Below, piece by piece: positions 38,829-48,123 of a stretch of 64,000 nt of DNA (position 1 is its first letter; every line of letters begins with the position of its first letter). The position numbers were made by a program, and so were the translations under genes. The notes beneath the pieces were generated by a model. The model was not told the DNA's origin. It searched no databases and saw only the letters and a program-made list of their open reading frames with translations. This DNA is from Candidatus Poribacteria bacterium (GTDB lineage Bacteria; Poribacteria; WGA-4E; WGA-3G), in NCBI GenBank assembly GCA_963665235.2, contig CAXXLX010000001.1, forward strand, positions 64,001-128,000. The letters are read 5' to 3'.

Positions 38829-39923
38829 TTAGTAATCGGCAACCGAGCCATCCGCTAATCTGGCATTTGGCCAGGTAAACTTTCTGCCCTGCTGACTGAC
38901 TTCAATCACCTTCGCTTCGTCTACTTCAACCCCTAGACCGGGCCCTTCAGGGAGGGACACGTAGCCTTCCTCGTCCATCTGCCAATTTTTGTGGGCAACC
39001 CCAGCGGGTAGGACGTTCTCGTAGCCTTCATGGATGAGGAAAAACGGGACTGAAGCGGATAGCTGAAAACTCGCGGTGAGCCCCAGATAGGACATCGTGC
39101 AGTGCGGTGCTATCGGCACGTGATGTGCCTCAGCAAGGGCAGCCACCTTTTTCACCTGGGTAATGCCACCACCGTGCCCGCAATCCGGCTGTAGAATATC
39201 GATGACCTGTGCTTCAAGGATTTCTCGTACCTCCCATATTGTTCGGTCCCGTTCGCCGGTTGCCAATGGAACAGGGACAGATTCTCGGACCTTCCGCATA
39301 ACTTCAACGTTGCCCGGTACCCATGCCTCCTCAAGGAAGAGCAGGTCGTCAGGTTTTAGATACCCTGCAAACTGTTTGAGGATAGGTGGGGGTAGACAGC
39401 TATGTGCATCAAACATAACAGCCCCATCTGGTCCAACTTTCTCGCGGGTATCGTGAATCCGTTGTACCATGTTGGCAATCTCATCGGGGGTACCCGCAAA
39501 GGGTTTAGAGCCGCCCGGACCTGTTTTTATTGCCTTCGGGCTCGGATACTTCCAAATTTTATCCCGGCAAGGCCCGCCGAGCAGGCGATAGACTGGAACA
39601 CCCCACAGCTTTCCGGCTATATCCCACAGTGCCATATCAATAGCCGAGAGTGTGTGAATCATTAAGCCGCCGCCCCGGATGTTTCTGTGGGCACGAAACA
39701 TCCGTTGCCAGTGATGCTCAATGCGTGTCGGGTTCTCGCCTATAATCAGTTCGGATAGGGAACGTGCCAAAGCACAGGTGACAGTTGTCTCCATATTGTT
39801 GATTTCACCCCATCCTGTAACGTCCATGTTGGTTTCAATCTTAACGTAGGCTTTGACCCCCATAGGGAAAGCCTCAAGGTTTGTCACGCGAATCTGTGAA
39901 CCTTTATCTTCATAGTCAGCCAT
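38829..39923 (-). CDS. Mandelate racemase/muconate lactonizing enzyme family (galactonate dehydratase-like)
   Basis: SAIDMALWDIAGK...PVYRLLGG, FDAH, LEE, ATGER, LQPD, APHC, GPGLGVE. Confidence 0.9.
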   Translation of the reverse strand: MADYEDKGSQIRVTNLEAFPMGVKAYVKIETNMDVTGWGEINNMETTVTCALARSLSELIIGENPTRIEHHWQRMFRAHRNIRGGGLMIHTLSAIDMALWDIAGKLWGVPVYRLLGGPCRDKIWKYPSPKAIKTGPGGSKPFAGTPDEIANMVQRIHDTREKVGPDGAVMFDAHSCLPPPILKQFAGYLKPDDLLFLEEAWVPGNVEVMRKVRESVPVPLATGERDRTIWEVREILEAQVIDILQPDCGHGGGITQVKKVAALAEAHHVPIAPHCTMSYLGLTASFQLSASVPFFLIHEGYENVLPAGVAHKNWQMDEEGYVSLPEGPGLGVEVDEAKVIEVSQQGRKFTWPNARLADGSVADY

Positions 39924-39945
39924 TGTGATAATTCCTCCAATTGGT

Positions 39946-40062
39946 GGTTGGCTGTTGACTTATGGCTATTGGCAAGAGAAAGAGGTCTCTGACGCGTGTC
40001 AAAAAACTGTTTAGAATCACAAACTCTTGCTAATTGCCTCTTTGCTAACTGCTATTCGCTAA
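39946..40062. repeat. Heptamer-flanked palindromic element, copy 3 of 3
   Basis: ggctattgGCAAGAGAAAGAGGTCTCTGACGCGTG...AATCACAAACTCTTGCtaattgcc...gctaactgctattcgctaa. Confidence 0.6.
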
Positions 40063-41292
40063 TTAACCATTTGCTGATAACAGTGTATCCACCGTGATAG
40101 TTTGTAAAGTTTCGGCCTGATGTGTGTGAAATTCAGTTAGTGTTTGAGATGTCTTTTTCGCAAGCGGGTTTCCTTCAGGTAAACGCAGTGTTAGCGTTCC
40201 TTCCACGGCACTGATAATTTCCCAAAGCGTAATTTCGCTAAGTGCGCGGGCGGGGAGATATCCGAGCGTGTCTCCTTCAACTTCGTAGATGAGCTCCGCT
40301 GCTTTGAAACGTGCGAAAATTCCATCTATAAGCTCCGCAGGAAACCCCGACAGGGCGACGAGGTTTTCCATATCAGATGCTCCCTCCCCTTGCTGAAACC
40401 GTTCCGCGACCCTCAGGAACAATTCTAGCACCCCGCCTGCCGTGATATAGTTGTCCATAGCGTAGGGTTGATTCTGCCCCAAATCCCCTCGCTGAAAATT
40501 GTGAGCGACATGTGTCACCTCTGCCCCGAACAGAATTATCACCCAGGTGACATAAATCCATAGTGCTAGGACGACAAGCAGTGCAAGCGCGCCGTAAATC
40601 TCATTATAGTTTTTCCACACTAGCTCAAGATATCGGCCAAATGCCAGCCGCGCAATTTGGAATAACGTGCCTGCACTCAATGTACCAAGCAATCCAGAAT
40701 GCCACGTCACCGACGTGTTCGGCAGAGCGATATACATGAGGAGGAAGAGGCAGTAGACCAGAAACCACGGCAGAAAATGCCCGAATAACCAATTGGCGGT
40801 AGTGGAAAAGAAAAGCCAGATTAAGAGTGGCCCCACCGATAACAACGTGTAAAATACCGCATACTTTTGGAACGCTTGTACCAACGGTAACCGTCGTCGT
40901 GCTCCCCAAATGTCGTTGAAGTGCTGTTCAACCGACATGAAAAGCATCGTTGACACCACCAAAAACAGGAGAAATCCGCCAGCACCGAGCCGTCCGAGAT
41001 TTTGGTTGGCAAAATCAGAGAGTCGTGTTACAATTTCTTCAGCCCCGTAGCGCGGCAAGAGGTTATTTTGTAGGGCAACGATTAAAGGAGATGCCGCATT
41101 TTCAAAAACGCCAAAGGTTTTCAGCAGGAACAGTGCCAACGCTGATAACGGCACAAGGCAAAGAAGCGTGTTAAATGCTAAGGATGAAGCTTGCTGCAAG
41201 CACTTGTGTCTCAAAAATTGTTGCCACGTCTTTAAACTGATGTGCACTATGTATCTGGAAAGGTGATGTAACAGTTCGCGTGGTTTTTCCAT
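40063..41292 (-). CDS. YihY/BrkB family inner-membrane protein with C-terminal winged helix
   Basis: ASSLAFNTLLCLVP, FNDIW, LPN, IYGALA...LWIY..W.IILFGAE, YLPAR. Confidence 0.9.
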   Translation of the reverse strand: MEKPRELLHHLSRYIVHISLKTWQQFLRHKCLQQASSLAFNTLLCLVPLSALALFLLKTFGVFENAASPLIVALQNNLLPRYGAEEIVTRLSDFANQNLGRLGAGGFLLFLVVSTMLFMSVEQHFNDIWGARRRLPLVQAFQKYAVFYTLLSVGPLLIWLFFSTTANWLFGHFLPWFLVYCLFLLMYIALPNTSVTWHSGLLGTLSAGTLFQIARLAFGRYLELVWKNYNEIYGALALLVVLALWIYVTWVIILFGAEVTHVAHNFQRGDLGQNQPYAMDNYITAGGVLELFLRVAERFQQGEGASDMENLVALSGFPAELIDGIFARFKAAELIYEVEGDTLGYLPARALSEITLWEIISAVEGTLTLRLPEGNPLAKKTSQTLTEFHTHQAETLQTITVDTLLSANG

Positions 41293-41480
41293 AAGAGTTT
41301 CGTTATTTTGTCAGGTTTCGCCGCGTCCAACCCGGCCTACAATACTTTCGGACAACTGATAACCGTCCTCGGATTATAGCATATCATCGATTATTTGAAA
41401 AGTGATTTTTTTCATAGCGGATTTTACGAGCGTATCAAAATTTCACACCCTTTTCTTCTTTGCATGGAGCCCCTGGCGTT

Positions 41481-42206
41481 ATGATTATTAATGACATTAA
41501 ACAGAGGTTGCGACAAAACCGATGGTTGGCACCTTTGATGGGATGCCCCTATCCAGCCCCTCGCTGGAACCGCGCTGTTAAACGTATTATCCGAGCGTTG
41601 GGGCCGGACGCACGTATCTTAGATGTAGGCTCCGGGATGCACCGCCGCGCACCGAATGTGACGAATCTGGAAATTGAACCTACCCCGGCAGTCGATGTCG
41701 TCGCAGATGGGCACTGCCTTCCATTCAGGGATAATACCTTTGATGCTGTTATCTCGGAAGCGGTGCTGGAGCATGTTCGTGACCCGCAGCGTGTCGTAGC
41801 GGAAATGTACCGTGTCCTGAAGCCCGGCGGATATGTTTGTGCAGCGGTGCCGTTTTTACAAGGCTATCATGCATCGCCTCACGATTATCAGCGATGGACA
41901 GTGTCAGGCTTTGAGGCGTTGTTTTCAGCATTTGACGCAGTTGAGCAGGGGGCATGTGCTGGTCCAACGGCAGCACTCCATTGGGTTTTCAGGGAATACG
42001 TTGGACTTCTCTGTTCATTCGGGAGTTTGGTAGTTGCGAAAGCGGTATCGCTCTTGGTCGGATGGTTGACGTTTCCGTTGGTGTGGTTGGATAGTGTGTT
42101 GTTATTGCATCCGCATTCGCACATTTTGGCATCTGCGGTGTATTTTGTCGGCAGGAAAAATTCAAACGGGCAAGCATATAGGCACCGCATCCGTACATCC
42201 ACCTAA
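41481..42206 (+). CDS. Class I SAM-dependent methyltransferase
   Basis: ILDVGSG, ADGHCLPF, VLEHV, VLKPGG, PHDYQRW. Confidence 0.85.
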   Translation: MIINDIKQRLRQNRWLAPLMGCPYPAPRWNRAVKRIIRALGPDARILDVGSGMHRRAPNVTNLEIEPTPAVDVVADGHCLPFRDNTFDAVISEAVLEHVRDPQRVVAEMYRVLKPGGYVCAAVPFLQGYHASPHDYQRWTVSGFEALFSAFDAVEQGACAGPTAALHWVFREYVGLLCSFGSLVVAKAVSLLVGWLTFPLVWLDSVLLLHPHSHILASAVYFVGRKNSNGQAYRHRIRTST

Positions 42207-43600
42207 GGCATCCACCGGTTCTACAAGCTCGGATTTTAAGTCATTCAACGAAAGAACTTGCGGCTTCATGGGACTGAACAGGACAGCGTCAAGTAGCTCT
42301 TTCGCATGTTCAACATATTCTGTCTCCTTTTCACAAAGGAGAAAATATCTTTCATGGGCCAGTGCAACGTGTCCGACAGTCCCGCTACCGCCAAATGGGT
42401 CGAAAACCAGATCGCCTTTAAAGGAGTAAAATTGCACAATGCGTGCCGCTAATTCTGCTGGAAAAACTGCAGGATGAACCTTGTCTGTTGCTGGATTAAT
42501 ATGCCATAGGTTCGTTTTTTCATACTCTCCCTAACTTTGCTTGCCTCAACTGTTTCGTCGTCATATTGCCGAATATTCCAGTCAATTAACTTATCCGTTT
42601 TCTTTCGGTATACCATAACGCTTTCAGTGACAGAATTTGTCTTGTAACCGAGGGGTTTACGATGCTGAAAAAAGCCGCCGTTTCTGTTCTTTGCAGCGTA
42701 GTCAGGTTTCGTCCAAACGATGTCATCAATAAACTCCCATCCGATTTCGGTGAGGCGTGGGTGCATATCGTAAGGGATAGCATACCGCTTACTGGAATGT
42801 GCTCTACTGATACGTGGCACAATAACGGGAGACGTATTAAGCACGAAGAACCGTCCCTCTTTGGTAATACGATGCACCTCTTTGAAAACAGCCGTTAGCA
42901 GGTCAAGATAAGCCGCGTAACTCTGATAAATCGTGTAATCTCGAGCGTTGTAATACGGAGGGGAGGTGAAGGTAAGATGGATTGATTCGTCTGGGATTGT
43001 CTTTAGTACCTCTTGCACATCGGCATGGACAATCACATTTTTGAGTGTATCTGGACTAGCGGGGTGATGCTGGTCTTTCTTAACGTTTTGCGGTCGGGTG
43101 TGCTTCACTTGGCTAGCGAGATGCTCGCGAATGAGTTCGTTCGGATGTTCGCGTAGCGAGTCTAAAGCGGTTTGGACTTCGGGCTTCTCTTTAAAATAGA
43201 GTAACCCGCGCAGGGCTTGCAGGATAACCTTCGGATCGGAATCGGTAAGGGTCTGTATCAAAATCGGGAGTGCTTTCTCGCTTCTCATACGTCCAATAGC
43301 AGAAATCGCCTCGCGGCGGGCAAACGTATTATTTTCAGCGGCTGCGAATTGTGAGAGCTCCGTTAAAAACCTTTCGTTTCTGAGTTTGCCAACATTTTTT
43401 ACGGCGAGTAAGCGAATTTTCGGATTCGTATGCGTGAGTAAAGGGACAAACAATTCGCCATTAAACCCTTCTGGCAACTTACCAAGGTTATCGAGCAGAG
43501 ACAATAGGGTGGATTCATCACGAGTCGGTGATAGGGCATTCTTGAAAAAGGGTGAGTTTAGATTTAACTTTTCTGCCTCAATTTGAGATTTCGTAAACAT
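42162..43600 (-). pseudogene. HEAT-repeat + beta-class DNA methyltransferase fusion, frameshifted near 42515-42531
   Basis: ORF 42449-43600 has HEAT repeats and FTSPPY. The -1 frame continues GEYEKTNLWHINPATDKVHPAVFPAELAARIVQFYSFKGDLVFDPFGGSGT. Confidence 0.8.
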
Positions 43601-43654
43601 GTTCTCTTGTTTCCCATGTCTATGATAATGTTAAGCCTCCGGCTCGGCTAGCAG

Positions 43655-43765
43655 TAAAAGCGTTTATCGTAGGTTAACAGTTTATAGTAGGGCAATGAAT
43701 TACCCTACTACAACCATTAATTGTAGGCACGAACTCTGCTCGCGAAAGGCAAGCACGCCTACGAA
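43655..43765. repeat. GTAG-type REP-like hairpins
   Basis: GTAGGGCAATGAATTACCCTAC and GTAGGCAC...CACGCCTAC. Confidence 0.5.
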
Positions 43766-43767
43766 GT

Positions 43768-45021
43768 TTATTGAGATGATGGCGGCGGTTGAAACTCGCT
43801 CGCCTCCACATGATACAAGAAACCGATACACATCTCATCCGTTGTTTTGTCTCCCCATCCGACAGGAATAGGGGGACTATGCGGATTTGCCGGGTTTTTC
43901 TCCGAATTGTCGAAATGTGCAACTAATGAAACACGCGTCCCTGCGGGTAGGAAAATCGGCTCACGATAATGATAGATATCTTGCCAGTTGAAATCCCACT
44001 CCTGAATCCAGATTAGGTCAATCGGGTCGCCTTTAGGGGGTTTCGCAATAAGGCGCATGTCGCGTCCGAGCAGGTGCATGTGCGGCATCGTCGCTAACAG
44101 ATAGGTATCCCTTTTGAACCGCTTCCCGGCTTTGACTACATAGTTCGCGTCACCGGGGGGAATAGTGAATTCACTGTTGATTGCGGAGCTGATACGCAGT
44201 GCTGTTGTATTTGGGTTCTTGGAGAAATAGAGCCCCATGCGCGATTTGTCGCGTTCGACGTGTCCGGTGCGGTAGTAGTGCATCTGCAAGACAATATCCG
44301 CACCCTTCGGTAACAGATAACCAACACCGTCTGGCAAAACGTGAGGTGTCATGCCCGGTGCCCATCCCCCAAGTATTCCGGAGGATTCAAACCCTGGTCC
44401 GGTGCCTTCTGTGACATACCCCGGTTTCGGGTCTTGGGCATCCAATTTTCTGGCTTCCCCTTTCGTATCTAAGTAAGCGATGACGTGATGTACCGTCTTG
44501 CGATTGCCAGGTTCCACATCGACAGCTTGCACATAGGTATCGGTGTCAAAGTTTGTGGGTATGATAAAATGTCGGTATTCGTCTTCACCTTCCGGTTCGA
44601 TTTCATATTCGACAGGCATTTCAACGATATGGTCAGGTTCGCCAAGTTCCCATCCATCAGGGAATGCTGGAATGGGGGGAACTTTGGAGAGGTCGCCTGG
44701 CGGCGCGCCTGCTTCTGCCCACTCTGTTATCATGTTAATCTCTTTATCGGTGAGCCGGCGTTCGTTTTTGAAGGTACCGTAGCCGGGCGTAGGTTTCCAG
44801 GGTGGCATGAGACGTGCCTTCGTATATTCGGCGATTTCGGTTGCCCATGCTTTCGCATCAGCGTAGTCTGTGAGTGAGAAGGGGGCAACTTCGCCTTGCC
44901 GATGACAGGTTTGACACTGCCGCTGTAAGATGGGAGCAATATGCTCGCTATAGATCAACTCTGCCCGGATACTCGGTGCCAGAAGTGTTAAGGTGCTAAG
45001 TAAGATTAAAAGTTGTTTCAC
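43768..45021 (-). CDS. Secreted c-type heme / copper type II ascorbate-dependent monooxygenase-like protein
   Basis: Signal peptide, CQTCH, MPPW, VHH, QMHY, HMH, WDFNWQ, DEMC. Confidence 0.85.
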   Translation of the reverse strand: MKQLLILLSTLTLLAPSIRAELIYSEHIAPILQRQCQTCHRQGEVAPFSLTDYADAKAWATEIAEYTKARLMPPWKPTPGYGTFKNERRLTDKEINMITEWAEAGAPPGDLSKVPPIPAFPDGWELGEPDHIVEMPVEYEIEPEGEDEYRHFIIPTNFDTDTYVQAVDVEPGNRKTVHHVIAYLDTKGEARKLDAQDPKPGYVTEGTGPGFESSGILGGWAPGMTPHVLPDGVGYLLPKGADIVLQMHYYRTGHVERDKSRMGLYFSKNPNTTALRISSAINSEFTIPPGDANYVVKAGKRFKRDTYLLATMPHMHLLGRDMRLIAKPPKGDPIDLIWIQEWDFNWQDIYHYREPIFLPAGTRVSLVAHFDNSEKNPANPHSPPIPVGWGDKTTDEMCIGFLYHVEASEFQPPPSSQ

Positions 45022-45152
45022 TGTTTGATGCTATCCTCCATTGCTGTGTTATTTTTTAATGAATTATACCGTACTTAAGCGTGAATGTCAAGGAAAAAAG
45101 TGCGGGAACTTTTCCTATTCCATAAAAGCACTTTCTTTCTACTGTTATAGCC

Positions 45153-46931
45153 TTAGGCATCAGGGTCCAATTCCTTTGCCTTTGCAAAGTCGGCTTCCGC
45201 TGCTTCGTGCTGTTCGAGTGCCTTTTTTGAAAGTCCACGGTCGTGATAGTATAGTGCTTTCTCCGGTATGAGTTGGATGCATTCACTGAAATCCTCAATT
45301 GCACCACTATGGTCACCGAGGGCAGCCTTCGCAGCACCACGGGTGTGATAACTAGCAGACCGGTATGTGGCATTCTTTATCTCCTCTAACCGTAAAGCCT
45401 CATCCCCATCAGATACCGCCTCTTGAAATAGTCTCTGTGCTTCCATCTCGTTTCCTTGTTCGGTTTCAAGTTTTCCGAGGAGATATTTCGCCCATCCCCT
45501 CTCATTATAAATTGGAACAGGTTCTGATTTCAGTCGAAGGGCTTCCGTCCAATCAGCTATTGCTGCTTCATAAAGTACATGCGCTGCTTCCATATCTCCC
45601 TGGTCGGTTTTGGATTGCCCGAATTCCCGCTTCGCAGTCGCTCGAATGTTGTATGAATCAGCATCTTCAGGGTTCAGCTGTATGGCGTTATCACAGTCTT
45701 CAATAGCTCCTTCAAAATCATCGAGATAGTATTTTGCTATGCCGCGACTGTTGTATGCTGCCGTGTATTCAGGATCTAGTGTGATAGCCTTATCATAGTC
45801 TTTTATAGCCCCCTCAAAGTCATCGAGATAACATTTTGCTGTGGCACGATTAATATACGTGCCAGTATGTTCAGGACTTAGTTTGATAGCTTTATCATAG
45901 TCTTTTACAGCCCCTCGAAAATCACCAAGTTCTCGCTTTGTTATGCCACGATTAGAATAAACACAAGCATCTCGAGGATTTAGTTTGAGAGCGTTATTAT
46001 AGTCTTTTATAGCCCCTCGAAAATCACCAAGTTCTCGCTTTGCCTCACCCCGTTTTAAGTAGGTGTCAACCAAATTGGGGTTCAGTAGAAGGGCGACATT
46101 GTAGTGTTCTATTGCCTTTTTAAGTTTCCCTGCCTCCCGTGCTATGTTGCCTAAATTTGTTTCGGTGTAGGCATGTATCTGTGGTCGCTTCCGCCACTCC
46201 GCTATGTGTTCGACTTGTCCTGAGTTCGCTAGTACCCTCTCCAGCACGGCTAACGGAATGACATTAGCGAAAGAATGAACACCGCCATCACCGTTATTTG
46301 ATCCTGGCTCCCTAAGAGAGACAAAAACGCCAATGACTTCACCTTTGCTGTTTAGCACAGGTCCGCCACTGTGTCCATCAACTTGTGTAGGAGGCACTTT
46401 TATTTTTATCTCGAATGCTTTGTTTTTATTATGTTTACTAGTAATGGTCCCGGCTATGCCTTTGTCGTAACCGACAATGTAAACCTGCTCACCATTCTCA
46501 AGCGCACCAATGTCTCCAAACGGAAGCGGTGTGCCTGTTTCAGCAACCTTTAGCAGCACAAGGTCGTTTTTGTCATTACACCCTACTACACCTTCAACTG
46601 TATGCGCTGTTACGACTTTGCTAAGTTCAGATTGCTTCGGTTGCCGGTTTAAGCCGCGGAATAACCGATGGAACAGGTTGTGAACTGCTTGAGAGATACG
46701 TTTAGAGATAGGCGTTTTTCCGATGTCAAGCTGTTTTGCGGTGATTGCTTTGATTTTGAAATTGGGTGCTCCTTCAATAATGTGAATGTTTGTGGCAATT
46801 TTGTCCGGGGCCACAAAAAAACCGCTTCCGCTTTGAATCGGCAACCCGATAAATTTGGTTTTCAGGCAAACAACAGATCCTTTACTGCTTTCAACGATTT
46901 TTTGGAGTGGAGCATCTTCTTTCGCTGTCAT
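45153..46931 (-). CDS. Trypsin-like serine protease + TPR repeats
   Basis: GSGFF, TNIH, NDL, GHSGGP triad motifs; about 9 TPRs. Confidence 0.9.
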   Translation of the reverse strand: MTAKEDAPLQKIVESSKGSVVCLKTKFIGLPIQSGSGFFVAPDKIATNIHIIEGAPNFKIKAITAKQLDIGKTPISKRISQAVHNLFHRLFRGLNRQPKQSELSKVVTAHTVEGVVGCNDKNDLVLLKVAETGTPLPFGDIGALENGEQVYIVGYDKGIAGTITSKHNKNKAFEIKIKVPPTQVDGHSGGPVLNSKGEVIGVFVSLREPGSNNGDGGVHSFANVIPLAVLERVLANSGQVEHIAEWRKRPQIHAYTETNLGNIAREAGKLKKAIEHYNVALLLNPNLVDTYLKRGEAKRELGDFRGAIKDYNNALKLNPRDACVYSNRGITKRELGDFRGAVKDYDKAIKLSPEHTGTYINRATAKCYLDDFEGAIKDYDKAITLDPEYTAAYNSRGIAKYYLDDFEGAIEDCDNAIQLNPEDADSYNIRATAKREFGQSKTDQGDMEAAHVLYEAAIADWTEALRLKSEPVPIYNERGWAKYLLGKLETEQGNEMEAQRLFQEAVSDGDEALRLEEIKNATYRSASYHTRGAAKAALGDHSGAIEDFSECIQLIPEKALYYHDRGLSKKALEQHEAAEADFAKAKELDPDA

Positions 46932-46957
46932 AATAGGGCCCCTCCCGATAGGATAAC

Positions 46958-48100
46958 TTACTTTTGAGTGTTGGTGTCTAATTCCTTTGCCTTTTGGAAG
47001 TCAGCTTCTGCTGCTTCGTGCTGTCCGAGTGCTTTTTTCGCACGTCCCCGATTTCTGTATGTTGGCGCGTATTCAGGGTCTAGTTTGATAGCCCTATCGT
47101 AATCGGCTATTGCGCCTGCGAAATCATCAAGTTTGTACTTTGCTAAGCCGCGATTGTTATGTGCTGCGTCCTCCTCAGGGTTTAGTTTGATAGTCATATC
47201 GTAATCGGTTATTGCGCCCGTAAGATCGCCGAGCTCCTCCTTCGTATCAGCCCGTTTTAAGTAGGTTTCAGCCAAATTGGGGTTCAGTCGAAGGGCAGCG
47301 TCGTAGTATTCTATCGCCTTTTCAGGTTTCCCCGCTTTCAGTTCCCTGTTCCCTAAATCTGTTTTAGTGTAGGCACGTATCTGTGGTCGCTTCCGCCACG
47401 CCGCTATGCTTTCAACTTGTCCTGAGTTCGATAGTAACGGCTCCAACACGGTTAACGGGATGACCTTAACGAAAGAATGAACATCTCTATCCCCCTCATT
47501 TGATTTTGGTCCCCGAGCCGCGACAACAACGCCAATGACTTCACCTTCGCTGTTTAGCACAGGCCCGCCGCTGTGTCCATCAACCTGTGTATGAGGCCCG
47601 TTTATTCTTATCTGAAATTCTGTGTTTCTATTATTTTTACTAGAAATGGTTCCTGCTATGCCTTTGTATTGTGTGCGAGTGTACCCGACAATGTAAACCT
47701 GTTCATCACTTTCAACCGCGTCAATGTCTCCAAACGGAAGCGGCATGCCTGTTTCAGCGACCTTTAGCAGCACAAGGTCGTTTTTGTCATCATACCCCAC
47801 CACACCTTCAATCGTATACGCTGTTCCCGCTGAGCCCCGGAATAACCGATGGAACAGGTTGTGAACTGCCTGAGAGATACGATTAGAGATAGACGTTTTT
47901 CCGGGTATCCCTTCAATAACGTGAATGTTCGTGGCAATTTTGTCAATAACGTGAATGTTTGTGGCAATTTTATCTGGTGCTACAAAGAAACCGCTTCCGT
48001 TTTGAAGCGTCAACCCGATAAATTTGGTTTTCAGGCAAACAACAGATCCTTTACTGCTTTCAACAATTCTTTGGAGTAGGTCGTCTTTTTTCGCTGCCAT
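46958..48100 (-). CDS. Trypsin-like serine protease + TPR repeats
   Basis: Same triad motifs; about 4 TPRs; internal duplication DKIATNIHVI. Confidence 0.9.
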   Translation of the reverse strand: MAAKKDDLLQRIVESSKGSVVCLKTKFIGLTLQNGSGFFVAPDKIATNIHVIDKIATNIHVIEGIPGKTSISNRISQAVHNLFHRLFRGSAGTAYTIEGVVGYDDKNDLVLLKVAETGMPLPFGDIDAVESDEQVYIVGYTRTQYKGIAGTISSKNNRNTEFQIRINGPHTQVDGHSGGPVLNSEGEVIGVVVAARGPKSNEGDRDVHSFVKVIPLTVLEPLLSNSGQVESIAAWRKRPQIRAYTKTDLGNRELKAGKPEKAIEYYDAALRLNPNLAETYLKRADTKEELGDLTGAITDYDMTIKLNPEEDAAHNNRGLAKYKLDDFAGAIADYDRAIKLDPEYAPTYRNRGRAKKALGQHEAAEADFQKAKELDTNTQK

Positions 48101-48123
48101 AATAGCCCCCCCTATAGGATAAC

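Noticed and set aside
38509-38851. 70-aa and 91-aa ORFs inside the IS605 derivative
   Set aside because: No RBS or recognisable domain; the region is better explained as structured RNA and a tnpB tail remnant.
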